Source of the DNA: an uncultured bacterium | Lineage (GTDB): Bacteria; Margulisbacteria; WOR-1; CAVSGV01 | DNA length: 32,000 nucleotides | Assembly (NCBI GenBank): GCA_963699255.1 | Contig: OY969425.1 | Coordinates: 60,001 to 92,000, forward strand | Reading direction: 5' to 3' | Part shown: positions 1-7,723 of the stretch, in pieces | How positions within the stretch are numbered: the stretch's first letter is position 1 | How the letters are laid out: each line of letters starts with the position of its first letter | Translations under genes and position numbers: made by a program | The notes under the pieces: model-generated | What the model was told of the DNA's origin: nothing | Databases searched by the model: none | What the model saw: the letters and a program-made list of their open reading frames with translations, nothing else

Positions 1-117
1 AAGCTGGTCAAAAAAGGCGTAATGATCGGAGAGGTTACGAGGGCAAGGAAGATCGTTCTAGTCGACGGCAAAGGCCGGGAGTCTCTCATGAAAGCAAAGG
101 GGTACGAGCACTTTTGA
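1..117 (+). CDS. 3' end of an upstream gene (last 38 codons), possibly a ThiL/AIR-synthase-like protein
   Basis: The frame is open from the window edge to TGA at 115-117. It translates as KLVKKGVMIGEVTRARKIVLVDGKGRESLMKAKGYEHF*. The G-Y-E-H-F ending recalls thiamine-monophosphate kinase C-termini, from memory only. Confidence 0.3.
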   Translation, partial: KLVKKGVMIGEVTRARKIVLVDGKGRESLMKAKGYEHF

Positions 118-140
118 AGGGGTGAGGTCGGAGGGTAATT

Positions 141-1256
141 TTGATAAATAAGAACAATTTGGTAAAGCGTTTCATTAAATACGTTAAGATCGACAGCCTG
201 TCGGGAAAAGAAGCCCGGTTCATGAAGCTTATCAGGAAACAGCTGTCGGATATGGGGATCAGGTCATATCAGGACAATGCCGGCCGCAAGATCGGGGGCG
301 ACTGCGGCAACCTTTACGCTTTCATTAAAGGCACGGTAAAGGGCGCGCCAAGGATACTTATTAACGCTCATGTTGACACGGTCATGCCGGGGGAGAACAT
401 CAGGCCGCGGATAAGGAAAGGGATCATCCGCAGCGACGGGAAAACTATATTAGGCGCGGATAACAAGGCCGGCGTCGCGGTGATAATGGAAGTTTTAAAA
501 ACGATCAGGTCAAATAAAGTGCCTCACGGGGACCTGGATATTCTGTTCACTGTTTCGGAAGAAACCGGTCTCATGGGCTCAAAATACGTGGACAGGAAAT
601 TCCTGAAGGCCGACTTCGGCTATGTCCTGGACGGCGGGGAAGTGGAGGAGATGATCAACAATGCCCCTTCGCAGGACTCGTTCGACATCACGATAACGGG
701 GCGCGCGGCGCATGCAGGGGTCCATCCGGAGCAGGGGATAAACGCGATCAAGGTCGCGTCCGCGGCGATATCAAAGATGAGACTCGGAAGGATCGACCAT
801 GAAACCACCGCCAATATCGGGATAATAAAAGGCGGCGTCGCGACGAATATCGTCCCTGAAACCGTTAATATTCTGGGAGAGGCGAGGAGCCGCGACATGA
901 AGAAACTGAGGCGGCAGGTGAAGCATATGGTAAGCGTCCTGCGCGAGGCGTGCTCTAAATTCAAGGCAAAACTGATATGCAAGGTCACGCCTTCTTACAG
1001 GGCGTTCAATATCCCAAAGACGCATAAGGCATTGGTCCTGGCGCAGAAAGCGGCAAAAAAGATCGGATTGAAACCGGTCGTTAAACCTACCGGCGGCGGA
1101 AGCGACGCGAATATTTTCTCTTCATTTGGACTGCCGTGCCTGATCCTGGGCGTCGGAGCGGACAGCGTCCACACAAAAAAAGAGAACATAGCCGTGGATG
1201 ACATGGCGGCCGGCGCGGACCTTCTTTTAAATATCATAAAGGAGAGCTTGGGATGA
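141..1256 (+). CDS. M20 family metallopeptidase (PepT/ArgE/DapE-like)
   Basis: 371-aa ORF with a TTG start and GGAGGG upstream. The motifs NAHVDTV, GADNKAG and SEETGLMG fit the M20 metal-ligand pattern. Confidence 0.8.
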   Translation: MINKNNLVKRFIKYVKIDSLSGKEARFMKLIRKQLSDMGIRSYQDNAGRKIGGDCGNLYAFIKGTVKGAPRILINAHVDTVMPGENIRPRIRKGIIRSDGKTILGADNKAGVAVIMEVLKTIRSNKVPHGDLDILFTVSEETGLMGSKYVDRKFLKADFGYVLDGGEVEEMINNAPSQDSFDITITGRAAHAGVHPEQGINAIKVASAAISKMRLGRIDHETTANIGIIKGGVATNIVPETVNILGEARSRDMKKLRRQVKHMVSVLREACSKFKAKLICKVTPSYRAFNIPKTHKALVLAQKAAKKIGLKPVVKPTGGGSDANIFSSFGLPCLILGVGADSVHTKKENIAVDDMAAGADLLLNIIKESLG

Positions 1257-1783
1257 TGGAGAAGACCCTGAAAACAAATAGGATATATAAAGGCAGGATC
1301 GTCGGATTGAGGGAGGACACTGTCAAACTAGTTAACGGAGTGGTGTCCAAAAGGGAGATAGTTGAGCATCCGGGCGCCGTCGCCGTTATCGCCGTTACAA
1401 AAGACGGCAGGATGGTCCTGATAAGGCAGTTCAGGAAACCCGCGGAGAAAGTTCTTCTTGAAATTCCCGCGGGGCTTGTGCACAAGGGAGAAAGCAATAT
1501 CAACGGCGCGCGAAGGGAGCTTACGGAAGAGACCGGATATGTGGCCGGCAGGATCAGGGAGATATTCAGCGGCTACTCGTCCCCTGGGTACAGCACGGAA
1601 GTGATAAAATTCTTCCTCGCGACCGACCTGAAGAAAGCGGAACAAAATTGCGATGCGGATGAAATGATCAGCGTTGAACTTTGTCCCGTGAAAAAAGCCC
1701 TGAAGATGCTGAGGCTGGGAAAGATAAGGGACAATAAAACAGCCGTCGGAATACTGCTAGCTAATATTTTATGGAAAAGATAA
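1253..1783 (+). CDS. Nudix hydrolase (ADP-ribose pyrophosphatase-like)
   Basis: The Nudix box GLVHKGESNINGARRELTEETGY is present. The start overlaps the upstream stop as ATGA. Confidence 0.85.
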   Translation: MMEKTLKTNRIYKGRIVGLREDTVKLVNGVVSKREIVEHPGAVAVIAVTKDGRMVLIRQFRKPAEKVLLEIPAGLVHKGESNINGARRELTEETGYVAGRIREIFSGYSSPGYSTEVIKFFLATDLKKAEQNCDADEMISVELCPVKKALKMLRLGKIRDNKTAVGILLANILWKR

Positions 1784-2631
1784 TAGAAGAATTTTTAAGC
1801 CACCTTAAGTATGAAAGGGGATACAGCGGGAACACCGTATCTGCTTATAAGAGGGACCTTGCTCATTTTGACAGGCATTTGAGGCAGCTGAATATCAGCT
1901 CTGTAAGCAGCATCACAAGGCCCGCGATAAGTTCGTTCGTCACGGCCCTTGTGGGGATGGGGCTTGAAGCTTCAAGCATAGAAAGGCATGTTGCGGCGGT
2001 AAAATCATTTTTTGCTTATCTGGTAAGGGAAGGCAAGGTCAAGATAAACCCCACTTCTGATATAAGGCTTCCGAGAAAGAGCAAGAAACTGCCGAAAGCC
2101 CTTTCAATGAACGAGGCGAAGAGCCTGGTGGAATGCCCCAGGTCAAAAAAGGACAGGGCGATAATGGAGCTTCTTTACGCGACGGGGATAAGGGCGACGG
2201 AGCTGGTCGGCCTCACGCTGAATGATGTCAATCTGGACGTCGGCTTTATCAAATGTTTCGGCAAGGGCGGGAAAGAACGGATCGTGCCGATGGGAGGATC
2301 CGCGATCTCCGCCATTAAAGAATACATCAAGTCGGACCGTCCAAAGTCCTCAAGCGATATTTTGTTCCTGGACAGGATGGGAAAGCAGCTTACCCGCCAG
2401 GGACTCTGGTTCATCGTCAAGAAATACGTTGAATTATCGGGGGTGAGGGCGAGCGCGTCTCCCCACACCCTGAGGCATTCTTTCGCCACGCACCTTTTGG
2501 AGGGCGGCGCGGACCTGCGCTGCGTCCAGGAGATGCTGGGCCACAGCGATATTTCCACCACCCAGGTGTATACTAGCGTAAGCAGGGAGCGGCTGAAAAA
2601 GATATATCACTCCGCTCATCCTAGGGCATAA
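1771..2631 (+). CDS. xerD: Tyrosine site-specific recombinase XerD
   Basis: The C-terminal catalytic region LRHSFATHLLEGGADLRCVQEMLGHSDISTTQVYT and the terminal HPRA are typical of XerD/XerC. The N-terminal SAM-like domain starts EEFLSHLKYERGYSGNTVSAYKRDL. Confidence 0.85.
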   Translation: MEKIIEEFLSHLKYERGYSGNTVSAYKRDLAHFDRHLRQLNISSVSSITRPAISSFVTALVGMGLEASSIERHVAAVKSFFAYLVREGKVKINPTSDIRLPRKSKKLPKALSMNEAKSLVECPRSKKDRAIMELLYATGIRATELVGLTLNDVNLDVGFIKCFGKGGKERIVPMGGSAISAIKEYIKSDRPKSSSDILFLDRMGKQLTRQGLWFIVKKYVELSGVRASASPHTLRHSFATHLLEGGADLRCVQEMLGHSDISTTQVYTSVSRERLKKIYHSAHPRA

Positions 2632-2845
2632 CGGGTAACCATGGAACCTGAGACTAAAAGTCTCGGTTCCAAATAGAGTATGAAAATTAACCGCGAATTT
2701 TATTCGCGGGATGTTAGTTAGCTCATCCTAGGGCATAACGGGTAACCATGGAACCTGAGACTAAAAGTCTCGGTTCCAAATAGAGTATGAAAATTAACCG
2801 CGAATTTTATTCGCGGGATTTTAGTTAACTCATCCGAGGGCATAA
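2614..2845. repeat. Tandem direct repeat with a 107-bp unit: two full copies plus an 18-nt third start
   Basis: Units 2614-2720 and 2721-2827 differ at one position (2713 g versus 2820 t). The segment 2828-2845 repeats only the first 18 nt with two changes. Each unit starts with GCTCATCCTAGGGCATAA, the last codons and stop of xerD. Each unit also carries two hairpins, at 2643-2670 and 2691-2709 in unit 1. Confidence 0.9.
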
Positions 2846-2848
2846 AAT

Positions 2849-3448
2849 ATGTTAGGCGCTTTGATACTTATTTTGATATTCCTTTTTGCCGTCACGATAC
2901 ACGAGGCCTCTCACGGATTCGTGGCTAACATGCTTGGGGATCCGACGCCGAAGCTTGCCGGCCGCCTGACCCTGAACCCTGTGGCGCATCTGGATCCCAT
3001 CGGGACGCTGCTGCCTCTTTTGCTGATATTTTCTGGGTCTCCAATGGTATTCGGCTGGGCGAAGCCGGTGCCGATAAACCCTTATAATTTCAAGGACCCA
3101 TCCCGTGGGGAAATGCTGGTTTCGTTCGCCGGGCCGTTCTCAAATTTCCTTGCCGCATGGATAGTTGCGATGCTGATAAGGTTCATCCCCGCACATATAA
3201 TGATGACCGGTATTACAGTTTCCGTTATACGCAGCTTTATTCTGGTCAATCTTACCCTGGCGGTCTTTAATCTTATTCCTATCCCGCCTTTGGACGGTTC
3301 GCACATACTTGAGCCGTTCATTCCGTACGAGTTCAGGCGGATGTTCGAGCAATACGGCTTCTTCATATTGATATTCATACTTATTTTCCCGCCAACGGCG
3401 GACCTGTTGTTCTACATAATAAACTTCCTGTTCGGGCTGATGACCTAA
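2849..3448 (+). CDS. Site-2 protease family (peptidase M50) membrane protein
   Basis: It has the HExxH motif IHEASHG and the NLIPIPPLDGSH motif, and is multi-pass hydrophobic. A GAGGG SD lies 8 nt upstream. Confidence 0.8.
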   Translation: MLGALILILIFLFAVTIHEASHGFVANMLGDPTPKLAGRLTLNPVAHLDPIGTLLPLLLIFSGSPMVFGWAKPVPINPYNFKDPSRGEMLVSFAGPFSNFLAAWIVAMLIRFIPAHIMMTGITVSVIRSFILVNLTLAVFNLIPIPPLDGSHILEPFIPYEFRRMFEQYGFFILIFILIFPPTADLLFYIINFLFGLMT

Positions 3449-3449
3449 A

Positions 3450-4631
3450 ATGAACTATCGCCGCGCGGTCGCCTATCTGGAGAGCTTTCAGAAAATGGGC
3501 ATAAGGCTTGGGCTTGAAAGGATCCGCACCCTGCTTTCGCATCTCGGAGCCCCCCAGGATGCTTACAAGATGATCCACATTGCCGGAACGAACGGAAAAG
3601 GTTCCATTGCCGCCATGCTTTCATCGATACTTAAACAGGCCGGATATAATGTAGGGCTTTACACTTCGCCGCATCTCGTCGATTACACCGAGAGGATAAG
3701 GATAAATGAGAAGGACGTCTCGAGGGAAAAATTCGCCGCGGCCGTTGAGGCGGTTAAAAAGGTCATCAACAAGCTGCCGGAGATGGACCTTACGGAATTC
3801 GAGGTCCTGACCGCCGCATCGTTCTTGTTGTTATCCCGTGAAAAAGTTGAGATAGTCATCGTTGAGACCGGGCTTGGCGGCAGTCTTGACGCGACGAACG
3901 TAATAACCCCCATATTATCGATCATCACTAATATCGATTATGACCACATGGATGTTCTGGGCGGCACTATAAGCAAGATAGCAAAGGAAAAGGGCGGGAT
4001 CATAAAGAACCATGTCCCGCTTGTCACCGGCGAAAAAAAAGTGTGGCGGATCCTGCATAGTATATGTAAGGAAAAGAGATGCAGGTTCATCAGGTCCGTC
4101 AGGGAAAAGGTTAAATATGTCCCGTTACTGGGGAGCCATCAGGCGGAGAACACGAAGGTTGTGCTTGCCAGCGTACGGGTTTTAAGGGGTTTGGGGCTCA
4201 ATATCAGCGATAAGCAGGTGGACAGAGGGCTTCGGCGCACTTTCTGGCCAGGAAGGCTTCAGGTCGTCTCAAAAAGTCCTCTGACTATCCTTGACGGGGC
4301 GCATAATCCCGCGGGAGCGAAAGCTCTGGTTGAATATCTGTCAGGATTGAAGAAGAAGTTCACTTTTGTTATCGGGATGCAGAGGAACAAGGATATTGAT
4401 AGTGTTATCAAAATATTGATGCCTGTCGCGGACAGGTTCATTGTTGTAAAGTCGAGCAATCCGAATGCCGTGTCGAAAGATGTCCTTGCGAAGAAGATAG
4501 AGAGGGCAGGGGGGCTGGCGGTGATCGCGAAGGATCTGAAGGGGGCACTTTCGATGGCGAAAAAGACAGGGAATCCCGTCTGTGTCGCCGGCTCGCTTTA
4601 TTTAATAGGAGATGCGTTAAAGAAGTTTTAA
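3450..4631 (+). CDS. folC: Bifunctional folylpolyglutamate synthase / dihydrofolate synthase
   Basis: The Mur-ligase ATP motif HIAGTNGKGS is present, along with YTSPHL, ETGLGG and DGAHNPAG. The length of 393 aa fits. Confidence 0.85.
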   Translation: MNYRRAVAYLESFQKMGIRLGLERIRTLLSHLGAPQDAYKMIHIAGTNGKGSIAAMLSSILKQAGYNVGLYTSPHLVDYTERIRINEKDVSREKFAAAVEAVKKVINKLPEMDLTEFEVLTAASFLLLSREKVEIVIVETGLGGSLDATNVITPILSIITNIDYDHMDVLGGTISKIAKEKGGIIKNHVPLVTGEKKVWRILHSICKEKRCRFIRSVREKVKYVPLLGSHQAENTKVVLASVRVLRGLGLNISDKQVDRGLRRTFWPGRLQVVSKSPLTILDGAHNPAGAKALVEYLSGLKKKFTFVIGMQRNKDIDSVIKILMPVADRFIVVKSSNPNAVSKDVLAKKIERAGGLAVIAKDLKGALSMAKKTGNPVCVAGSLYLIGDALKKF

Positions 4632-4673
4632 TTTGAGAAGGATTTAAAAGGTCCTTATTTAAGGAGTTGTCGG

Positions 4674-4793
4674 ATGATGCTCGTTGCAATGGCATTTACT
4701 CTAATTCATAGGCACAGTCTGGGTAAAGAGAGTTTGAGAAGGCGAAGGAATGGAATATTAGGATTCCGAACGAAAAAGAGTATAATGAGTTGA
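4674..4793 (+). CDS. Candidate small ORF of 39 aa with a hydrophobic N-terminus and basic tail
   Basis: AAGGAG lies 7 nt upstream of ATG 4674. The translation is MMLVAMAFTLIHRHSLGKESLRRRRNGILGFRTKKSIMS*. It was not in the ORF track because it is under 60 aa. No homology evidence is available. Confidence 0.25.
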   Translation: MMLVAMAFTLIHRHSLGKESLRRRRNGILGFRTKKSIMS

Positions 4794-4870
4794 AATATCT
4801 TATTTTGTTAGGTGTACTAATGTGATTAGCGGAAATGAATCAACTAAAAAACGACTATTGGAGGTAAATC

Positions 4871-6412
4871 ATGGATGTAACAGATGAAGTGTCTTTTTGG
4901 TCCAGATTAGGATTTAAGGCGAACCCTTTCCAATATACAAATGCTGACCAGGAAGATGAATTGCATAAATATTTTGTGCCGCCTCAATATTTTCCGTCTG
5001 TATGGGGTGACCCTCAAAAACCCCAGTCTTGTGTGGTGTTTGCACCACGTGGTGGAGGCAAATCTGCACAAAGAAGAATGATCGAAAATCAAAGTATTGG
5101 GAGTAAAGTCCTTGCACTTCAGTACACAAGGTTTGAATTTAGACCGGGTATGCGCATATCGGACATAGATATTGAATATCATCTCAAAAACATTATTCGA
5201 ATATGTTTAATCGGATTTCTTATGCAAACATATGAGAATAAAATTGGGCATATGGTTTTCAATGCAACTGAAAAGAGGCAAGTTAAGGATCTATGTAATT
5301 TTTATTTACATGATATGAATACTGAAGCGGTTTCCGCAGCTGTAAATGCGATAATGAGTCCAGCCGAAAAAGCAAAAAAATTGTTTTATGAGAACTCATG
5401 GGTTATCGGACCAATTATTCAGATTTTAGCAAAAACGTATATAGGGATAGACTTATTCCCTTTAACACTTCAAGCTGATGATACATCAATAAGAAATGTA
5501 TCAAAGACGCACTTAGAGAACATATTATTACTAATTAAAAAGCTTGGTTATGATTCAGTATATGTATTAATTGATAAAGTCGATGAAACAAGCTTAACAA
5601 GTAATAATGCACAAGCTTCCTTTGATTTGATTGCTCCAATGCTTAAGGATTTAGAATTACTACAAATGGGTAATATTGCCTTCAAATTCTTTTTGTGGGA
5701 TGAAATCACTCCTTCATTTATTAAATATGCACGGCCTGACAGAATTACGGCATTTAATATGACATGGTTAGAAGCAGACTTAAAAAATATGATGACTCGG
5801 AGGCTGTGTGCTTATAGCAATAATGGTAAGCGCAATTTCGGAAATCTATTTGATGCTAAGATAGCCCCCATAGATGTCCTTGAAGAATTGCTTTCTATTT
5901 TCTCCCAGAATTCCCCAAGAGATATGATTCGGATATGCAGGCAAATGGCTGCTGAACAATTAAAAATTAACCCATCAGATAGCCATATAGGCATGACTGC
6001 TGCTACTGAAGGGATAAACAGATTTTGTCTTGACCGCGCGCGCGAAGTTGTTTCCACGAAGATTCTTGAAGAGCTTCAGAAAACTCACCGATTAGATTTC
6101 ACTGTAAATTATGTTGCAAATGATATTTTTAAAATAGACCAAAATGCTGCAAGGGCAAAAATTACCTCAAGTTGGGTGGTAACTGGTATTATAAGGCGCA
6201 TTGATGATACCCATATTAAGGGAGTAAAAAAACCAGCGCATCATTTTGCGGTTATGGATTCTAGGATTGCCAGATCAATATTCCCTGAACTAAACTTTCT
6301 GGATTTCTTAGAGAATAAAGTTCGTGAATGTAAATGCGGGGAATTTGTTCTTAGAGATTGGGATATTTCAAGCAATCAGATATGTCAAAAGTGCAAAACG
6401 CAAATGAAATAA
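4871..6412 (+). CDS. Orphan P-loop NTPase (AAA+/STAND-like) with a C-terminal zinc ribbon
   Basis: GGAGG SD is present. Walker A is APRGGGKS at nt 5042-5065. A Walker-B-like VYVLIDKVDE lies at about nt 5558-5587. The N-terminal LGFKANPF..A..E lead-in is common in AAA_22/ExeA-like and ORC-like ATPases, and SPRDMIRICRQ looks like a sensor/lid motif. The C-terminus has CKC-x17-CQKC at nt 6329-6394. The gene is clearly more AT-rich than its neighbours. Confidence 0.7.
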   Translation: MDVTDEVSFWSRLGFKANPFQYTNADQEDELHKYFVPPQYFPSVWGDPQKPQSCVVFAPRGGGKSAQRRMIENQSIGSKVLALQYTRFEFRPGMRISDIDIEYHLKNIIRICLIGFLMQTYENKIGHMVFNATEKRQVKDLCNFYLHDMNTEAVSAAVNAIMSPAEKAKKLFYENSWVIGPIIQILAKTYIGIDLFPLTLQADDTSIRNVSKTHLENILLLIKKLGYDSVYVLIDKVDETSLTSNNAQASFDLIAPMLKDLELLQMGNIAFKFFLWDEITPSFIKYARPDRITAFNMTWLEADLKNMMTRRLCAYSNNGKRNFGNLFDAKIAPIDVLEELLSIFSQNSPRDMIRICRQMAAEQLKINPSDSHIGMTAATEGINRFCLDRAREVVSTKILEELQKTHRLDFTVNYVANDIFKIDQNAARAKITSSWVVTGIIRRIDDTHIKGVKKPAHHFAVMDSRIARSIFPELNFLDFLENKVRECKCGEFVLRDWDISSNQICQKCKTQMK

Positions 6413-6419
6413 TGGACAG

Positions 6420-6440
6420 GTGATTATCTATGCTAATCAC
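6420..6440 (+). terminator. Weak hairpin terminator candidate after the NTPase gene
   Basis: GTGATTA-tctatgc-TAATCAC is followed by TCTTCTTCTTC. The stem is AT-rich, so this is a weak call. Confidence 0.3.
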
Positions 6441-6502
6441 TCTTCTTCTTCAGGAGTGCTAGGGAGGCAGGCTAAGAATCCTTAAATATGCTCTCTAACT
6501 TG

Positions 6503-7063
6503 CTATTTCTTGATATTTATTGCCACTGACCGGCTGAACCAGATCTTAGGTTCTTCAAGAACATTAAACCCAAGGCTTTTTATCGTTTCTATCGACTTGC
6601 TAAAGTCTTTCTTTGAAACATGGAACTTCGGCTCAACTATTAGGACTTTCCCGTCCGGCTTCAATAACGTCTTTATTTCCTTCAACAACGCCAGCTGGTC
6701 GGGGATCTCGTGAAGGACATAAAATATCAAAATAAAGTCGAACTTTTCCGTTAAGCCTAACTTGTCCTTCGGGGTTATATATAGCTCTATGTTCTTAAGG
6801 CCCGAACGCTCGATCTTTTTCTTCAGTATCTCCAGCATCCCATCCTGCAGATCAGCCGCAACCACCTTGCCGGAAGCTCCCACCATCTTCGCCATATCCA
6901 TGGTGAAAAATCCCGGGCCGCAGCCAAGATCAAGCACCGTCATCCCTTCATTAATATATGGCTTTAATATCCGCTTCGGATCATGGGCCCGCCTGCGTAT
7001 CCCCATATCCAATATGCCCGAGAGTATTACCGGGCAGATTTTGTAGTTTATATCTAATTTCAT
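6503..7063 (-). CDS. Class I SAM-dependent methyltransferase
   Basis: SAM-binding motif I VLDLGCGPGFF is present, followed by VVAADL and the post-I/II pattern FDFILIFYVLHEI. Length is 186 aa with a TAG stop. Confidence 0.8.
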   Translation of the reverse strand: MKLDINYKICPVILSGILDMGIRRRAHDPKRILKPYINEGMTVLDLGCGPGFFTMDMAKMVGASGKVVAADLQDGMLEILKKKIERSGLKNIELYITPKDKLGLTEKFDFILIFYVLHEIPDQLALLKEIKTLLKPDGKVLIVEPKFHVSKKDFSKSIETIKSLGFNVLEEPKIWFSRSVAINIKK

Positions 7064-7083
7064 TTTTCCTTCCCGCTTTCTTT

Positions 7084-7112
7084 ATTATATTTATCGTTCA
7101 TCAGCTTGTCTA
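7084..7112 (-). promoter_or_regulatory. Sigma70-like promoter for the methyltransferase gene
   Basis: The minus strand reads TAGACA-N17-TATAAT. The -10 lies about 20 nt upstream of the GGAAGGA SD and ATG. Confidence 0.45.
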
Positions 7113-7254
7113 TATTTCATTTGTTGAACTATTTTTCAGGTGAGAGTTAACATGGTGGAAGCTAATTTGGGCTTATCGGCAAGATCAAAACGCGTTTCTG
7201 CGCTTTAGATATACTATGGCATAGTAATAAGCCAATCAGAAACGCTTGACCTTC

Positions 7255-7302
7255 TTTCTTTGTTACTTTCTTTGTGTCAAGACAAAGAAAGTAAGAAAGA
7301 AA
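7255..7302. repeat. Imperfect 21-bp AT-rich inverted repeat (TTTCTTTnTTACTTTCTTTGT / ACAAAGAAAGTAAGAAAGAAA)
   Basis: Hand pairing of 7255-7275 with 7282-7302 gives 13 bp, one mismatch, then 7 bp, with a 6-nt loop. The right arm is the start motif of the repeated element. Confidence 0.7.
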
Positions 7303-7565
7303 TGCCTTTGTGTTGTTTAGACAAAAAATGATCTTAAATGATCGAGACGAGGGGCTCTGCCCTTACGTAGAAAGTATAGTGGTTCCATTAAGATATCTCT
7401 CTCATCCCGCCCATTTTCTTTCTGCTCCTTCCTTGACTTGCCTACTCCCCCGACACAAGGTCGAGGTCGTACGGCTCAAACAGAAGGCCTAACAATGAAA
7501 CCCCCTCTGTATCTCCCCCTTACTAAGGGGGAGAAGTCTTGCGCGCAAGCGTGAGACAGAGGGGG
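7284..7565 (+). repeat. Repeated structured non-coding element, copy 1 (possible ncRNA or relic of a mobile cassette)
   Basis: 7346-7425 matches 9605-9684 at 77/80. 7431-7550 aligns to 9745-9864 without a net indel. It contains nested hairpins: P1 pairs 7501-7509 with 7557-7565, and an inner TCTCCCCCT-tacta-AGGGGGAGA sits at about 7513-7535. No convincing ORF is present. Confidence 0.75.
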
Positions 7566-7583
7566 TGCAGACTTATTAAGAGG

Positions 7584-7612
7584 TTGACAATGGGATTTTT
7601 GGCTATTAGTAT
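7584..7612 (+). promoter_or_regulatory. Sigma70-like promoter upstream of the DUF5678-like/retropepsin pair
   Basis: TTGACA (7584-7589), N17, TAGTAT (7607-7612). A perfect palindrome GGGTTAACCC at 7635-7644 lies between this promoter and the AGAGGAGA SD. Confidence 0.4.
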
Positions 7613-7723
7613 GACTGCATCGGTCTCGCAAGAGGGGTTAACCCGTTATTCTTTAAGCCATAAATACTGAAATTTATCGCGTAATTTAATGATATATATG
7701 ATGAGAAGAGGAGAATTGATCCG

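Noticed and set aside
2614-2845. The 107-bp tandem repeat as a CRISPR array.
   Set aside because: The units are directly adjacent with no unique spacers. The unit length of 107 bp is far outside the CRISPR repeat range, and there are no cas genes in the window.
4653-6488. A 9-nt inverted match (TATTTAAGG at 4653-4661 and CCTTAAATA at 6480-6488) as terminal inverted repeats of the NTPase islet.
   Set aside because: A 9-nt AT-rich match over about 1.8 kb is expected by chance. There is no flanking target-site duplication and no transposase.
7173-7180. Sigma28-type -10 boxes (GCCGATAA) on the minus strand at 7173-7180 and on the plus strand at 7882-7889.
   Set aside because: In both cases the nearest TAAA is 20-23 nt upstream instead of about 15 nt. 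The second site also lies inside a coding sequence. These are probably chance matches.
7455-7480. Group II intron domain-V-like sequence (TCGTACGGCTC, also at 9780-9800) inside the repeated element.
   Set aside because: The complementary GAGCCGTA half is not present within about 35 nt. There is no GUGYG-like 5' end and no reverse-transcriptase or maturase ORF. At about 300 nt the element is far too short for a group II intron.
7284-7565. The repeated element read on the minus strand as a shared 5' leader or riboswitch for the methyltransferase and pabB, which would be an appealing one-carbon metabolism link.
   Set aside because: Good sigma70-like promoters lie between each element copy and the respective gene. 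These are TAGACA-N17-TATAAT at 7084-7112 and the extended -10 at 9463-9471. The elements would therefore sit upstream of the transcription starts rather than in the leaders. I also see no resemblance to the THF, ZTP or SAM riboswitch cores.
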